From positions 32,001 through 96,000 of IMG/VR virus record IMGVR_UViG_3300050821_001198: DNA of 64,000 nucleotides. The stretch is one strand, 5' to 3'. The notes under the pieces are model-generated. The model did not search any database, was not told the origin of the DNA, and saw only the letters and a program-made list of their open reading frames with translations. The translations under genes were made by a program, and so were the position numbers. Shown piece by piece: positions 35,403-44,940 of the stretch. Each line of letters begins with the position of its first letter. Within the stretch, counting starts at the first letter, position 1. This DNA comes from a virus.

Positions 35403-35770
35403 GCTTCGTAGACCCCAAAGACGAGCATCCAGACATCAAGAAGATCGACATTGCCGAGTTCCGCGAGAAGGGTTACCTTCACGAGTTGAATCGGCGCTTT
35501 CTCCACCCGCTAGGGCTCGCCCTGGCAATCGACGTGGACTCCAACGGTAAGGAGACGCTCGCCTACATCTGGGACTACCGGGAGGACCCGGAGGGGATTT
35601 ACTACGACGAGGATCTCCTTGACCCCGAAAAGACTGAGCATATCGAACAGATCTGGGATGCGCGTATGGCCGCTCGGATCGCAGCGCTTGGATACATGGT
35701 TCAGCCAGTGTGGACGGTCGGGTGCGGGTGCGCCAAGTGCGAGAAATGGGTCTGTGAGTGCGATGGTTGA
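35399..35770 (+). CDS. Hypothetical protein
   Basis: EFREKGYLHELNRRFLHPLGLAL..IWDYREDPEGI; ATGA overlap with upstream gene. Confidence 0.7.
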   Translation: MSFVDPKDEHPDIKKIDIAEFREKGYLHELNRRFLHPLGLALAIDVDSNGKETLAYIWDYREDPEGIYYDEDLLDPEKTEHIEQIWDARMAARIAALGYMVQPVWTVGCGCAKCEKWVCECDG

Positions 35771-35999
35771 AGACCAGGACCCCAACCGTCGCAAGGCGGA
35801 GCAGTTTCACGCCGATCTCACCGAGGCACTGAGTTGTGTAGTTGACTATCAGCGCACACTTGCTACTGTGCTGAGAGCGTCGGACCCACATAGGCCGCGT
35901 ACTAACCCTCTGATGACGAAATACGGAGTTCCACTTGAGCCCCACCCTTACAACAACTGGCCCGGAGCAAATGGAAACGTCAGACTCATCAACGCTTGA
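35763..35999 (+). CDS. Hypothetical protein
   Basis: 78 aa filling the gap before dnaB. Confidence 0.45.
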   Translation: MVEDQDPNRRKAEQFHADLTEALSCVVDYQRTLATVLRASDPHRPRTNPLMTKYGVPLEPHPYNNWPGANGNVRLINA

Positions 36000-38253
36000 G
36001 GGTCCGCTATCGCTAGACCTCGATGATGAGATCATCTTCCATCTTGCGATTCCTGAGTCGGTTGATGAGATGCGGAAGGAACAGATCGGCACTAAGCTGA
36101 TCTATGACAAGTTCACCCGCACCGTCTACGACTGGCAGATGCAGCATGTCAGGGATCATGGCAAGCCCGCGACTGCTCTCGTACTCGAAGACGAGTTCGA
36201 CGGCTCTCAGGAGGATCTACCGGCTCTACAGATCCTCAGACCCGAGACGGCCATTGGAGACCTGATCACGAGACTCCGTGAGCGCCATGTACGCAACGAA
36301 GGTAAGGCGTCCGCCAAGCGGATCTCCAACACGGTCGTAGAGGCCCCTCTAGAGGTTGCACGGGTCATGGTGAGCGAGGGCAAGCGCCTAGGTGAACTGA
36401 TCGCTCGGCGCGGGGAGCGGTTTGGCTCAGGAGACTTCACACGAGCCCTGAACATCTACGAGAAGGACAAGCTCGCCGGGGCGGGACCATCACTTGGATA
36501 CGCGGAGCTTGACGAGCACTTTTACGGCATGAAGGGGCTCACATTCCTAGTCGGCGCTCCTAAGACCTACAAGGCTCTGGCTCTTGATACCCCTATCCCG
36601 ACACCGACAGGGTGGACTCTAATGGGAGATCTTAGAGTCGGAGATTCTGTATTTGATGAAACCGGGAATGTATGTCGGGTTACTGCCCAAACAGAAGTAT
36701 TCACTGGACGACCGTGTTACAGAGTCGAGTTTTCGGATGGGACCCATGTCATCGCGGACAAGGATCACGAATGGGTGACTTTTCAGAAATCGAAAAGGGG
36801 TCGGTCTTCTATTTCTACAACCGAAGAGATTATTCAGACTCTTCGGAGACCCGATATAGGATCGAACCACTCGATTCCTGTATCGGGGGCGATTACATGT
36901 TCCGAATCACAGTTCAAGGTTTCTCCCTACGTACTAGGAGCCTGGTTAGGAGATGGAACATCAGAAGATGGAGCGATCACCACCGGCGACCCCGACATTC
37001 TCTGTGAAATCATGGATCACTTTCAAATCCGAAAATGGAAGTCTGCGAAACTCACCTATGGAGTACTAGGGCTAAGAGTGCGCTTGCGTGAGCTTGGGGT
37101 ACTTGGAAACAAGCATATACCCACCGCATATCTGAGAGGCAATTACTCTCAGCGTCTAGAACTTTTACAGGGTCTAATGGATACTGACGGGTCATGCACC
37201 GGCAAGGGAGAGTGTGTCTTTGTGACCACGAAGCCCGCCCTCCGAGACGGGATTCTTGAGTTGGTTAGGTCGCTTGGATTCAAACCTGTGGCTAATGAGT
37301 ATCGGGCCACTCTCTACGGTGAAGACTGTGGACCTAAGTGGCATGTGCGATTCAAGGCATATTCGGATACTCCAGTCTTCCGACTTCAGCGGAAGCTTCA
37401 AAACCAGGATGATCCGCCAAACAGGCAAACCAGATCTCAGACACGGCAGATTACAAACGTAGTGAGCGTCCCAAGTACTCCGGTCAAATGTATTGAGGTT
37501 GACTCGCTTAGCCACCTGTATCTAGCTGGTGAGGGAATGATCCCAACTCACAATAGCTGGATCACCACTAACGCCCTTATCCAGAACGTACTCCAGGGGC
37601 GTCACTGTTGGCTCTACTCGCTGGAGCTACCGGCGGTTGAGGCATACTGGCGTGTCATGTGTATGGCGGCCAACGTGCCGTACTGGAAGTACCTAAAGTC
37701 AGTGCTTATGCCAGCGGAGCTTGACCATCTCCACGCCATCGAGGGTGAACTGATGGAGATGGGCACGTTCAGCACAGAGAAGCCTCCGGTGGGCGAACGC
37801 TCGGTCGAAGCTATGACCGAGAAGGCCGCGTCAGGCGGTGCCGATGTCATCTTCATCGATCAGCTTCAGTATTGTGAGACGCAGGCGGGACGGTCTATCG
37901 GGTCACTCAACAACACGGGTGACTATTGGGAGGTCTGTGATGATTTCCGGGACTTCTCCGACAAGGTGCCACTCTGGATCGTTCACCAGTTCAACCGTTC
38001 CGTCATGAACAACAAGGACGGCATGCCCGAGGCTCAGCAGGGGAAGGGTTCGAGCGCCATTGAAGAAACAGCCACTCTGGAGCTTGGTCTTTGGGCTAAC
38101 AAAGAGCTACGAGCCTCGAATGTGCTCCAGGTGGGCACTCTGGCGTCCCGTAACTATGACCACCTAGAGTGGCATCTGGATGTGAACCTGAGCAATGGGT
38201 GCTCGTTTGATATGCGCGGGGTAGTGGACGACGAAGAGGACGAAGATGATTGA
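35971..38253 (+). CDS. dnaB: DnaB-like replicative helicase containing an intein
   Basis: LGYAELD; GAPKTYK|S P-loop; YSLEL; IFIDQLQY; HQFNR; GSSAIEETA. Confidence 0.9.
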   Translation: METSDSSTLEGPLSLDLDDEIIFHLAIPESVDEMRKEQIGTKLIYDKFTRTVYDWQMQHVRDHGKPATALVLEDEFDGSQEDLPALQILRPETAIGDLITRLRERHVRNEGKASAKRISNTVVEAPLEVARVMVSEGKRLGELIARRGERFGSGDFTRALNIYEKDKLAGAGPSLGYAELDEHFYGMKGLTFLVGAPKTYKALALDTPIPTPTGWTLMGDLRVGDSVFDETGNVCRVTAQTEVFTGRPCYRVEFSDGTHVIADKDHEWVTFQKSKRGRSSISTTEEIIQTLRRPDIGSNHSIPVSGAITCSESQFKVSPYVLGAWLGDGTSEDGAITTGDPDILCEIMDHFQIRKWKSAKLTYGVLGLRVRLRELGVLGNKHIPTAYLRGNYSQRLELLQGLMDTDGSCTGKGECVFVTTKPALRDGILELVRSLGFKPVANEYRATLYGEDCGPKWHVRFKAYSDTPVFRLQRKLQNQDDPPNRQTRSQTRQITNVVSVPSTPVKCIEVDSLSHLYLAGEGMIPTHNSWITTNALIQNVLQGRHCWLYSLELPAVEAYWRVMCMAANVPYWKYLKSVLMPAELDHLHAIEGELMEMGTFSTEKPPVGERSVEAMTEKAASGGADVIFIDQLQYCETQAGRSIGSLNNTGDYWEVCDDFRDFSDKVPLWIVHQFNRSVMNNKDGMPEAQQGKGSSAIEETATLELGLWANKELRASNVLQVGTLASRNYDHLEWHLDVNLSNGCSFDMRGVVDDEEDEDD
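36574..37554 (+). mobile_element. Class 3 intein (327 aa) with LAGLIDADG endonuclease, in the DnaB P-loop
   Basis: Starts ALALDTPIPTPTGW; WCT triad (DHEW, VKCIEV, IPTHN); VLGAWLGDG and LLQGLMDTDG; Ser+1. Confidence 0.93.
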
Positions 38254-39277
38254 GTATGAGGACTTCGTTCACGACATCGACTACGAGCGGCTATACGACG
38301 CCCTAGACTTTGAGCCGCTTCGTCAGGACGGCGACGACAACGACATCGGTCAGTGCTTCGATCTACTAGGGCTCCACAAGAATGGAGATCGCACCGGGAA
38401 GTTCGTCTTCTACCGGGAAAGCGGGTTGGTGAGTTGTTACGTATGCGGGAGTTGCACCTTGCTCTCGTTCGTGGAGTCGATGTTCGACTATGACGAAGAT
38501 CAGGCAACACGCTGGCTATACCAATTCGCTGACGACGTAGAGCAGACAGACGAGTCGTTCCTGAACGAGATCGATGACATCCTGAAGGATCGGACACCTA
38601 AGAAGGTGATTCAGCCCCGCTTCGCCCCACAGATCCTAGACAGGTATCAGCCCTATAACGAATGGCCTGAGATTGCCGAGGTTTGGGCGGAGAACAAGGG
38701 GGTGTCGGCGGAAGTTGCAGACAAGTTCAAGCTGCGGTTCGGGCGCATCCGGACGATGACAGACGCTAAAGAGCCCTGGATAGGTGAGGCAATCATCATC
38801 CCGCACTTCTGGCGGGACAAGCTCGTGGGGTGGCAGCAGCGGTGGCTCTCGGACGACCGCCCCGAGGGGGTCGGAAAGTACAAGAGCACAGCAGATATCC
38901 CGCGCTATGACACCCTGTTCAACTACGACCGGGCCTGCGGAGAGGATATCCCGATCTTCATTGTCGAATCGCCGTCTACCGTACTCTGGCTCGCAAGCTG
39001 TGATGTTCCGGCGGTGGCTAGCTTTGGAGCAAAGATCACCCCGGCCCAAATGCGCCTACTCAGGCGTTTTCAGCAGGGAGTAGTGATCGCTCCCGACAAC
39101 GATGGACCGGGCAGGAATTTCGCCACTCTGATCAGTGAGTATCTGGAGCCGTTTGTGCCCGTGTACCAGTGTGATCCGGTTCAAATCAAGGGAATCAACG
39201 ACGGGTGTGACCTAGGGGATCTGGCTCCTAATATGGACGCACTGAGTCGTCACCTTGACACAATGTTCCGGGTCTAA
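38246..39277 (+). CDS. dnaG: DNA primase (Zn-binding domain plus TOPRIM)
   Basis: C..H..CYVC; IIIP..GWQ.R..GKY; IVES; PDNDGPG; DLGD. Confidence 0.87.
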   Translation: MIEYEDFVHDIDYERLYDALDFEPLRQDGDDNDIGQCFDLLGLHKNGDRTGKFVFYRESGLVSCYVCGSCTLLSFVESMFDYDEDQATRWLYQFADDVEQTDESFLNEIDDILKDRTPKKVIQPRFAPQILDRYQPYNEWPEIAEVWAENKGVSAEVADKFKLRFGRIRTMTDAKEPWIGEAIIIPHFWRDKLVGWQQRWLSDDRPEGVGKYKSTADIPRYDTLFNYDRACGEDIPIFIVESPSTVLWLASCDVPAVASFGAKITPAQMRLLRRFQQGVVIAPDNDGPGRNFATLISEYLEPFVPVYQCDPVQIKGINDGCDLGDLAPNMDALSRHLDTMFRV

Positions 39278-39295
39278 CCGCTCAGATAACCCGCA

Positions 39296-39409
39296 ATGGC
39301 GTTCACCAAGTTCCAGAAGGTAGAGACTGTTACACCCCTCAAGCCGAAAGAGGCTGATGAGGCACGTAAGGTCGCTGCAACAAAGGCACTTGACAAGCCA
39401 GTGAAATAA
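39296..39409 (+). CDS. 37-aa Lys-rich small protein
   Basis: MAFTKFQKVETVTPLKPKEADEARKVAATKALDKPVK; GATAA 6 nt upstream. Confidence 0.45.
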   Translation: MAFTKFQKVETVTPLKPKEADEARKVAATKALDKPVK

Positions 39410-39419
39410 GTGGTACAGT
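39390..39419 (+). promoter_or_regulatory. SigmaA-like promoter TTGACA-18-TACAGT for the ssb operon
   Basis: -10 flanked by GTGGT/ACCAC; shares CAGTGAAA and TACAGTAAC with the 32245-73 promoter. Confidence 0.65.
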
Positions 39420-39487
39420 AACCACGTTGAGTCTACTAGACTCGTGAAACAAGCCCTACCAGGGGCTATGAAACCAGGAGTAACACC

Positions 39488-40582
39488 ATGGCTGTAAAGC
39501 CAGAAGTGCGGAAGGGCCTTTCCGCCATCAAAGAGGCCGCAGAGCGCAAGGGCGGCGGAGACTTCAAGCCGTTCTGCCCCGAACTTCGTTGGAGCAGCGG
39601 GGAAGAGAAGAACATTCTCGTCCTTACTGACCTCTCGGAGCTTCAGGAGTACGCGATCCACGAGTGGATCAAGGTTGGTTCTCACACCAACAACGACGGG
39701 GAAGTGAAGCCGGATTACGACTTCTTCCTGTCGCGCAAGGACCCCTCCATCGGTGAGGCGTACGACGAGATCGAGAGCCGTCTGGGTAGCCAGCCGCGCC
39801 TTCGCTTCGTTGGCGTCGGCGTTGAGTTGGTCCCGATTACCGAGGCAGGCCGTGGTGGAAAGTCCACTATCGTCGGCTGGGAAGTCGCGACCGACACGTA
39901 CACCGCCAAGGATGAGGACGAGGAAGAGGTCGAGGTTGAGTACCCGTGTATCGGGATCATCTCACTGTCTAGCTCCAACTTCTGGGGCTGGCTCGGCAAC
40001 TTCCAGGAGAAGGCAGAGGTCACCGAGACCGTCATGTCAGTTACCCGTCAGGGCGGCGACAAGGACACTCGTTACGACTTCATCCCTCTCACGGGTCAGG
40101 AAGTGGACCTGTCAGCCATTGTGGAGCTAGCTGAGGGTCTTAGCTACATCCGCGAGACCGATGACTTCGATGATGTCATGGGCGAGGCTGAGAGCGCAGA
40201 GGACCCGGCGGATGGCGCAGCCATCATTGCCGATTACCTTCTCTCGACTCGCATCGCGGAGTTGAGCGACGGTGAGCGGTATCACGCCGTTGTTCCGACC
40301 ATCACTGAGCTTGAGTCCCGCTGGGGCAAGGGCAAAGGTGGCAAGGCAAAGGGTGGTCGGTCCGCTCGCAAGAGCGAGGACAAGCCGTCACGAGCCACAC
40401 GGAGCACGGCACGGTCATCCTCACGGTCCAAGAGGTCGGACGCCGAACCGGAGGCCGCCGCAGATGATGCGACCCCCGCAGAGGTTGACGCTCCGGAGAC
40501 GGATTCCGGAGCCGAGTCCGATGGGTTCAAGTCACTCCGTGAGCGTGCGCGTTCGCGGGCTGCTCGTGCCACTCAGGAGTAA
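39488..40582 (+). CDS. Probable single-stranded DNA-binding protein (gp32-like)
   Basis: Strong AGGAG SD; TRQGGDKDTRYDF motif; low-complexity charged C-terminus; position in replication module. Confidence 0.65.
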   Translation: MAVKPEVRKGLSAIKEAAERKGGGDFKPFCPELRWSSGEEKNILVLTDLSELQEYAIHEWIKVGSHTNNDGEVKPDYDFFLSRKDPSIGEAYDEIESRLGSQPRLRFVGVGVELVPITEAGRGGKSTIVGWEVATDTYTAKDEDEEEVEVEYPCIGIISLSSSNFWGWLGNFQEKAEVTETVMSVTRQGGDKDTRYDFIPLTGQEVDLSAIVELAEGLSYIRETDDFDDVMGEAESAEDPADGAAIIADYLLSTRIAELSDGERYHAVVPTITELESRWGKGKGGKAKGGRSARKSEDKPSRATRSTARSSSRSKRSDAEPEAAADDATPAEVDAPETDSGAESDGFKSLRERARSRAARATQE

Positions 40583-40839
40583 TGGCCCAACTGACTCCCG
40601 AGGCCATCAGGGAAGCCCAGGTTCGGATCAAGACGTTTATGAAGGTCCACAAGAGTTCCTCTCACGAGGAACGAACGGAGGCCATCACAATCGTTCTTGA
40701 TCACCTGGGTCTTTCCCAAGCGCTGAAAGACGAACTACTTGTCACTTTTGACAAGATCGGCCTGACACCGTATGGTTACGGTCAGGCTATGTATGGCGCG
40801 CTTGTCATCCTCTACGCATACGACTCCCTTGAGAACTGA
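40582..40839 (+). CDS. Hypothetical protein
   Basis: 85 aa, TAATG coupling. Confidence 0.6.
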   Translation: MAQLTPEAIREAQVRIKTFMKVHKSSSHEERTEAITIVLDHLGLSQALKDELLVTFDKIGLTPYGYGQAMYGALVILYAYDSLEN

Positions 40840-41308
40840 AACAGACACTTTCGACCCTAGTCACGGTGTAATCGTCTTCACAGACGGAAGTGCCAGCGTC
40901 AAGAACCGTACAGGTGGGTGGGCATGGATAGCCCTCGATAGCGGGGACGGACGAATTGATGAGCGGGGCGGCGAGGAAGACACCACCATCGGTCGCATGG
41001 AACTTACGGCTGTCGTGATGGCGCTTGAGTCTCTAGCGGAGATGGAGGGCGTCGAGGACGTGCTGGTCGTAAGTGACTCAGCGTACGTAGTAGACGGGTT
41101 CAACGATAAGACCCGCGCACGGAACAAGAATGGTGACCTCTGGGGTTACCTGGAAACAGCCGCCGCCACGTTCCGTGTAATCGAGTTTGAGCACATCCAT
41201 GGCCATCAGAAGGGTGTAGAAGGCTACTGGAACAACTGTGCCGATAAAGCTGCTGTGGCCGCAAGGAAGGTCATAGTGGACAGTCAAGTCCAACCAAAGA
41301 AAGGGTGA
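40829..41308 (+). CDS. rnhA: Ribonuclease HI (start uncertain)
   Basis: FTDGS; RMELTAV; SDSAYV; NGDLW; HIHGH; NNCAD. Confidence 0.9.
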   Translation: MRTETDTFDPSHGVIVFTDGSASVKNRTGGWAWIALDSGDGRIDERGGEEDTTIGRMELTAVVMALESLAEMEGVEDVLVVSDSAYVVDGFNDKTRARNKNGDLWGYLETAAATFRVIEFEHIHGHQKGVEGYWNNCADKAAVAARKVIVDSQVQPKKG

Positions 41309-41310
41309 TC

Positions 41311-41523
41311 ATGGCTTCTAAGCCGACCACCTACAAGCAGCGAGTGCTCGCACTCCTGAAGCCGCGCCGCTGGACCTCTTCGTTCGACATTCAGGGTGTC
41401 GGCGGGCTCGACGGCCTCCGTCGTGTCCGAGAGCTTCGTGCGGACGGCTACGAGATCAAGCGGCGTCCCGACGCCACCGATCCGGGCCAGTACGAGTACC
41501 GACTGGTCTCGTCTCCCAAGTAG
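41311..41523 (+). CDS. Winged-helix DNA-binding protein
   Basis: RRVRELRADGYEI..YRL. Confidence 0.65.
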   Translation: MASKPTTYKQRVLALLKPRRWTSSFDIQGVGGLDGLRRVRELRADGYEIKRRPDATDPGQYEYRLVSSPK

Positions 41524-41616
41524 TACCTGAGCCGCCCCGGCGGCTCCAATCTTCTAGTAAGGCTCCCAAATGGGTAAATGGCTTCACCGATTGACCGAGA
41601 AGGATATTGACGGGTA

Positions 41617-44600
41617 ATGGACTTCTGCCCGCTTCACAATCATACACATTATAGTGCATTGGACGGTATCTCAACACCCCTTGAGATCGTCCAGCGCTGC
41701 CAGGAGATCGGTGTCGGAAGGGCCGGTATCACCGACCACGGAGTAGTGGCGGGTCATATCGAGTTCGACCGGGTAATGAGGCTCAACGGTCTCACTCCCG
41801 TCCTCGGTATGGAGGCTTACCATGGTCTCATCCCCGGTAAGCCCGCCTCGGTCAACAAGAAGGCGGTTCGCGACCAGAACCACTTTATCGTCCTGGCCCA
41901 GAATGACGAGGGTCTGAAGAACATCTGGCGGCTCTCTGACAAGGCGGCCGAGAACAGTCACTTCGTTCCCCGAATGACATGGGAGACGATGAAGACTTAC
42001 TCGGAGGGCGTCTACGCTACTTCGTCGTGCATCCAGGGCGTTCTCTCCGCTTCGATTCGGGGTAAGATCGACTACGACCCCTACGATGCCATCAATCAGT
42101 ACCTCGACTGCTACGGCGATAGGTTCTTCATTGAGATCCACGTCTATCCTGGCGAAGAGCACGAGGAACTAAACTGGAACCTAGTCAATGTGGCGACGGA
42201 GCGAGGGATCGGGCTCGTGTACGCTACAGATGCCCACTTCGCCTTCCCCAATCAGTACGACCTACACGACTTGTACGTTTGTATGCAGACCGGGGATGTC
42301 ATTTGGATGGACCCGAATGACCGGAAGATGTGGCATCCGCTCTCGCTCTACATCCAGGATGAGGCACAGATCCGGGAGTCACTCAACTACCTACCTGAGA
42401 GCGTCGTTGATGAGTGTCTGGCGAACAGCGCCCTGATCGCCAACGACTGCAACGCTACGCTTCCCGGCACAGAGCCCCACCTTCCTGTCTTCATCCCCGC
42501 ATCGTGCCCATACGTACAGGAAAAGGATAAAGGTCTCACCACACAGGAGCTTTTCGTTGAGTTGATCGCCCGAGGCATCGTGTACCGCTATGGCGAAGAT
42601 GCCTCTCCGGAAATCTGGGACCGTGCTGCCTATGAGGCCGGTGTCTTCTTGGATGCGGGTCTAGAGCACTACTTCCTCTACAATTGGGACATCGCTGAGA
42701 TGTGCGATGACAAGGGAATTCTCCGGGGTCCCGGACGAGGCTCTGCACCGGGTGCTGTTACCTCCTATGCGCTCGGTATCACCGACATTGATCCGATTCA
42801 CTACGATCTGTACTTCGAGCGTTTCTGGAACCCTGGACGAGCCAAGGGGTTCCCCGACATCGACTCTGACTACGCTCGTGCGAACCGCTCGAAGGTCCGT
42901 AAATACTCCGAGGAACGCCTGGGAATCGACAGGGTGTACTCCATCGGGACGGTCACCCGGCTCAAGCCTAAGACGGCTCTCGAACGGACCGCTAAGGCGT
43001 ACGCGATCAAGAACTCAGAGATTGACGGGATGAAGCGGATCGTTGATCAGGTACCAGACATCAACATCCTTGACGTTGACTCTATCGGTTGGGACCAAGA
43101 GACTGACCCCGGCGTATTTCAGGGGATCAACGACGATGGCACCCTGCGCTTCCAGACGAAGGAACACTATGTCATGGAGCATGTTGGGGACGAGATCGTA
43201 GAGTGGATCAACAAGCAGCCAGAGAACCGCCAGGACATCCTCTGGGCGTGGCTTGATGCTGTGAGCAATCTCTGCTCCCGAGTGTCAGGGTACGGCGTTC
43301 ACCCGTCAGGCGTGGTGCTCTCCGATTGTGTACTGGCCGACCGACTTCCGGCAATGTGGAACAGCAACGGCAAGATCAAGGTGACACAGTTCCCTATGGA
43401 TCAGGTTGACAAGCTGATGTTCCTCAAGAACGACTATCTAGGGCTTCGCAACCTTGACACCCTTGAAGAGTGGGAACGCCGGGTAGCCAAGGAGGGCATC
43501 AAGGTCAACTGGTCCGGATTGGAGCGCGAAGAGTACCCCGAGGACATGTGGAAGCTCATGGAGCGTGGCTACACAATGGGGCTCTTCCAGGTTGAGGACC
43601 ATTTCGGTGCTCGCAAGCTCTGCAAGGACATCAAGCCCCGGTGCGTTGAAGACTGCTCGCTCATCGTCGGGCTGAACAACCCTGGGCCGCAGCGCTCAGG
43701 AGCCGCAGAAGCCTACGTGCGGCGTCGTAACGGCCTCGAAGATCCGGCGGCTGAGCATCCCATCCTGGACGACATTCTGGCTGAGACGCTCGGCGTCATC
43801 ATCTACCAGGAGCAGATTATCAAGTTCGCCCAGAAGCTCGGTTACTCACCGGGTGACGCGGACGCCATCCGGAAGATGCTCGGTAAGAAGGACCCGCAGG
43901 CGATGCGTGACTTCCAGCGTGGAGAGGGCGCGTGGAAGGGGAAGGGGTACTTCAAGGCCACGGACGAGGCGGGCGTACCGAGGGCGACAGCGGAGTCACT
44001 GATCGCGAAGATCAACCTGTTCGCTCTATACTCGTTCAATAAGGCTCACTCCATGGCCTACGGGACGATGCTCTTCCGTACCCTGTTCGCGAAGTATTAC
44101 GCTCCTGCCGAGTTCTACATCTCCTGTATCAAGACGATCAATGACACTACCGAGGGCTCTAAGGACCCCAAGGCGGTGGAGAAGACCGCCATGTTGATTG
44201 GTGAGGCCCGACGCAAGGGGATTGAGATTCTTCCTCCGGACATCATGATGAGTCAGGCCGATATCGAGGTTGGTACAGACGGTAGGATCTATTTCGGGTT
44301 CACCAACATCAAGGGGATTGCGGCTAAGACAGCTAAACAGATCATCGCGCTCCGTGATGAGGTAGGAGAGGTCATCAGGACCCCCGGAGGCTATGCGGAC
44401 ACGATGGACGAGTTGCAGCTTTCGTGGGAGACCGAGAAGAAAGAGTCGAAGAAGGAGGGCCTGGACTTCAACATGAAGTCACCCCGCTCTAGACTCAATT
44501 CGGGCAAGGATGCCCTGTTGTACCAAGTGGGTTGCTTCACTCAGTACGAGCAGAGTGTACTCACAGACGCACAGCGGCAAATCGCTGAACGTGAACTTCT

Positions 44601-44940
44601 GGGAGTGGTCCTAACTGACACTTCCGGTCCGATTTACGCTCGGAACGCCGACTTACTAGATGCCTGTGACGATTGGGAGCAGTTTATCGAGGACCCTGAC
44701 ATTGACAGATCTCGACTTCCTGCTACTATCACAGGTATACGTGAGACGAAGGTGAGAAAGACTGGCAAGGCAATGGCGATCCTGACACTGGAATACGGTG
44801 GCTGGGCGTCGGAGTTTGCGATCTTCTCGCAAAAGTGGCCGTCGTACAAGGCCCTCCTGTCGGAGTATCAGACAGGAATCTTCGATGTACGTAAGAACGA
44901 CCGTGGACAATCGGTCGAGAAGGTAAAGCTGTTGAAATGA
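41617..44940 (+). CDS. dnaE: DNA polymerase III alpha subunit
   Basis: PHP HNHTHYSALDG, TDHG, TDAH; GPGRGSA; FERF; FPDIDSD; HPSGVV; DYLGLRNL; YQEQI; YSFNKAHS. Confidence 0.96.
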   Translation: MDFCPLHNHTHYSALDGISTPLEIVQRCQEIGVGRAGITDHGVVAGHIEFDRVMRLNGLTPVLGMEAYHGLIPGKPASVNKKAVRDQNHFIVLAQNDEGLKNIWRLSDKAAENSHFVPRMTWETMKTYSEGVYATSSCIQGVLSASIRGKIDYDPYDAINQYLDCYGDRFFIEIHVYPGEEHEELNWNLVNVATERGIGLVYATDAHFAFPNQYDLHDLYVCMQTGDVIWMDPNDRKMWHPLSLYIQDEAQIRESLNYLPESVVDECLANSALIANDCNATLPGTEPHLPVFIPASCPYVQEKDKGLTTQELFVELIARGIVYRYGEDASPEIWDRAAYEAGVFLDAGLEHYFLYNWDIAEMCDDKGILRGPGRGSAPGAVTSYALGITDIDPIHYDLYFERFWNPGRAKGFPDIDSDYARANRSKVRKYSEERLGIDRVYSIGTVTRLKPKTALERTAKAYAIKNSEIDGMKRIVDQVPDINILDVDSIGWDQETDPGVFQGINDDGTLRFQTKEHYVMEHVGDEIVEWINKQPENRQDILWAWLDAVSNLCSRVSGYGVHPSGVVLSDCVLADRLPAMWNSNGKIKVTQFPMDQVDKLMFLKNDYLGLRNLDTLEEWERRVAKEGIKVNWSGLEREEYPEDMWKLMERGYTMGLFQVEDHFGARKLCKDIKPRCVEDCSLIVGLNNPGPQRSGAAEAYVRRRNGLEDPAAEHPILDDILAETLGVIIYQEQIIKFAQKLGYSPGDADAIRKMLGKKDPQAMRDFQRGEGAWKGKGYFKATDEAGVPRATAESLIAKINLFALYSFNKAHSMAYGTMLFRTLFAKYYAPAEFYISCIKTINDTTEGSKDPKAVEKTAMLIGEARRKGIEILPPDIMMSQADIEVGTDGRIYFGFTNIKGIAAKTAKQIIALRDEVGEVIRTPGGYADTMDELQLSWETEKKESKKEGLDFNMKSPRSRLNSGKDALLYQVGCFTQYEQSVLTDAQRQIAERELLGVVLTDTSGPIYARNADLLDACDDWEQFIEDPDIDRSRLPATITGIRETKVRKTGKAMAILTLEYGGWASEFAIFSQKWPSYKALLSEYQTGIFDVRKNDRGQSVEKVKLLK

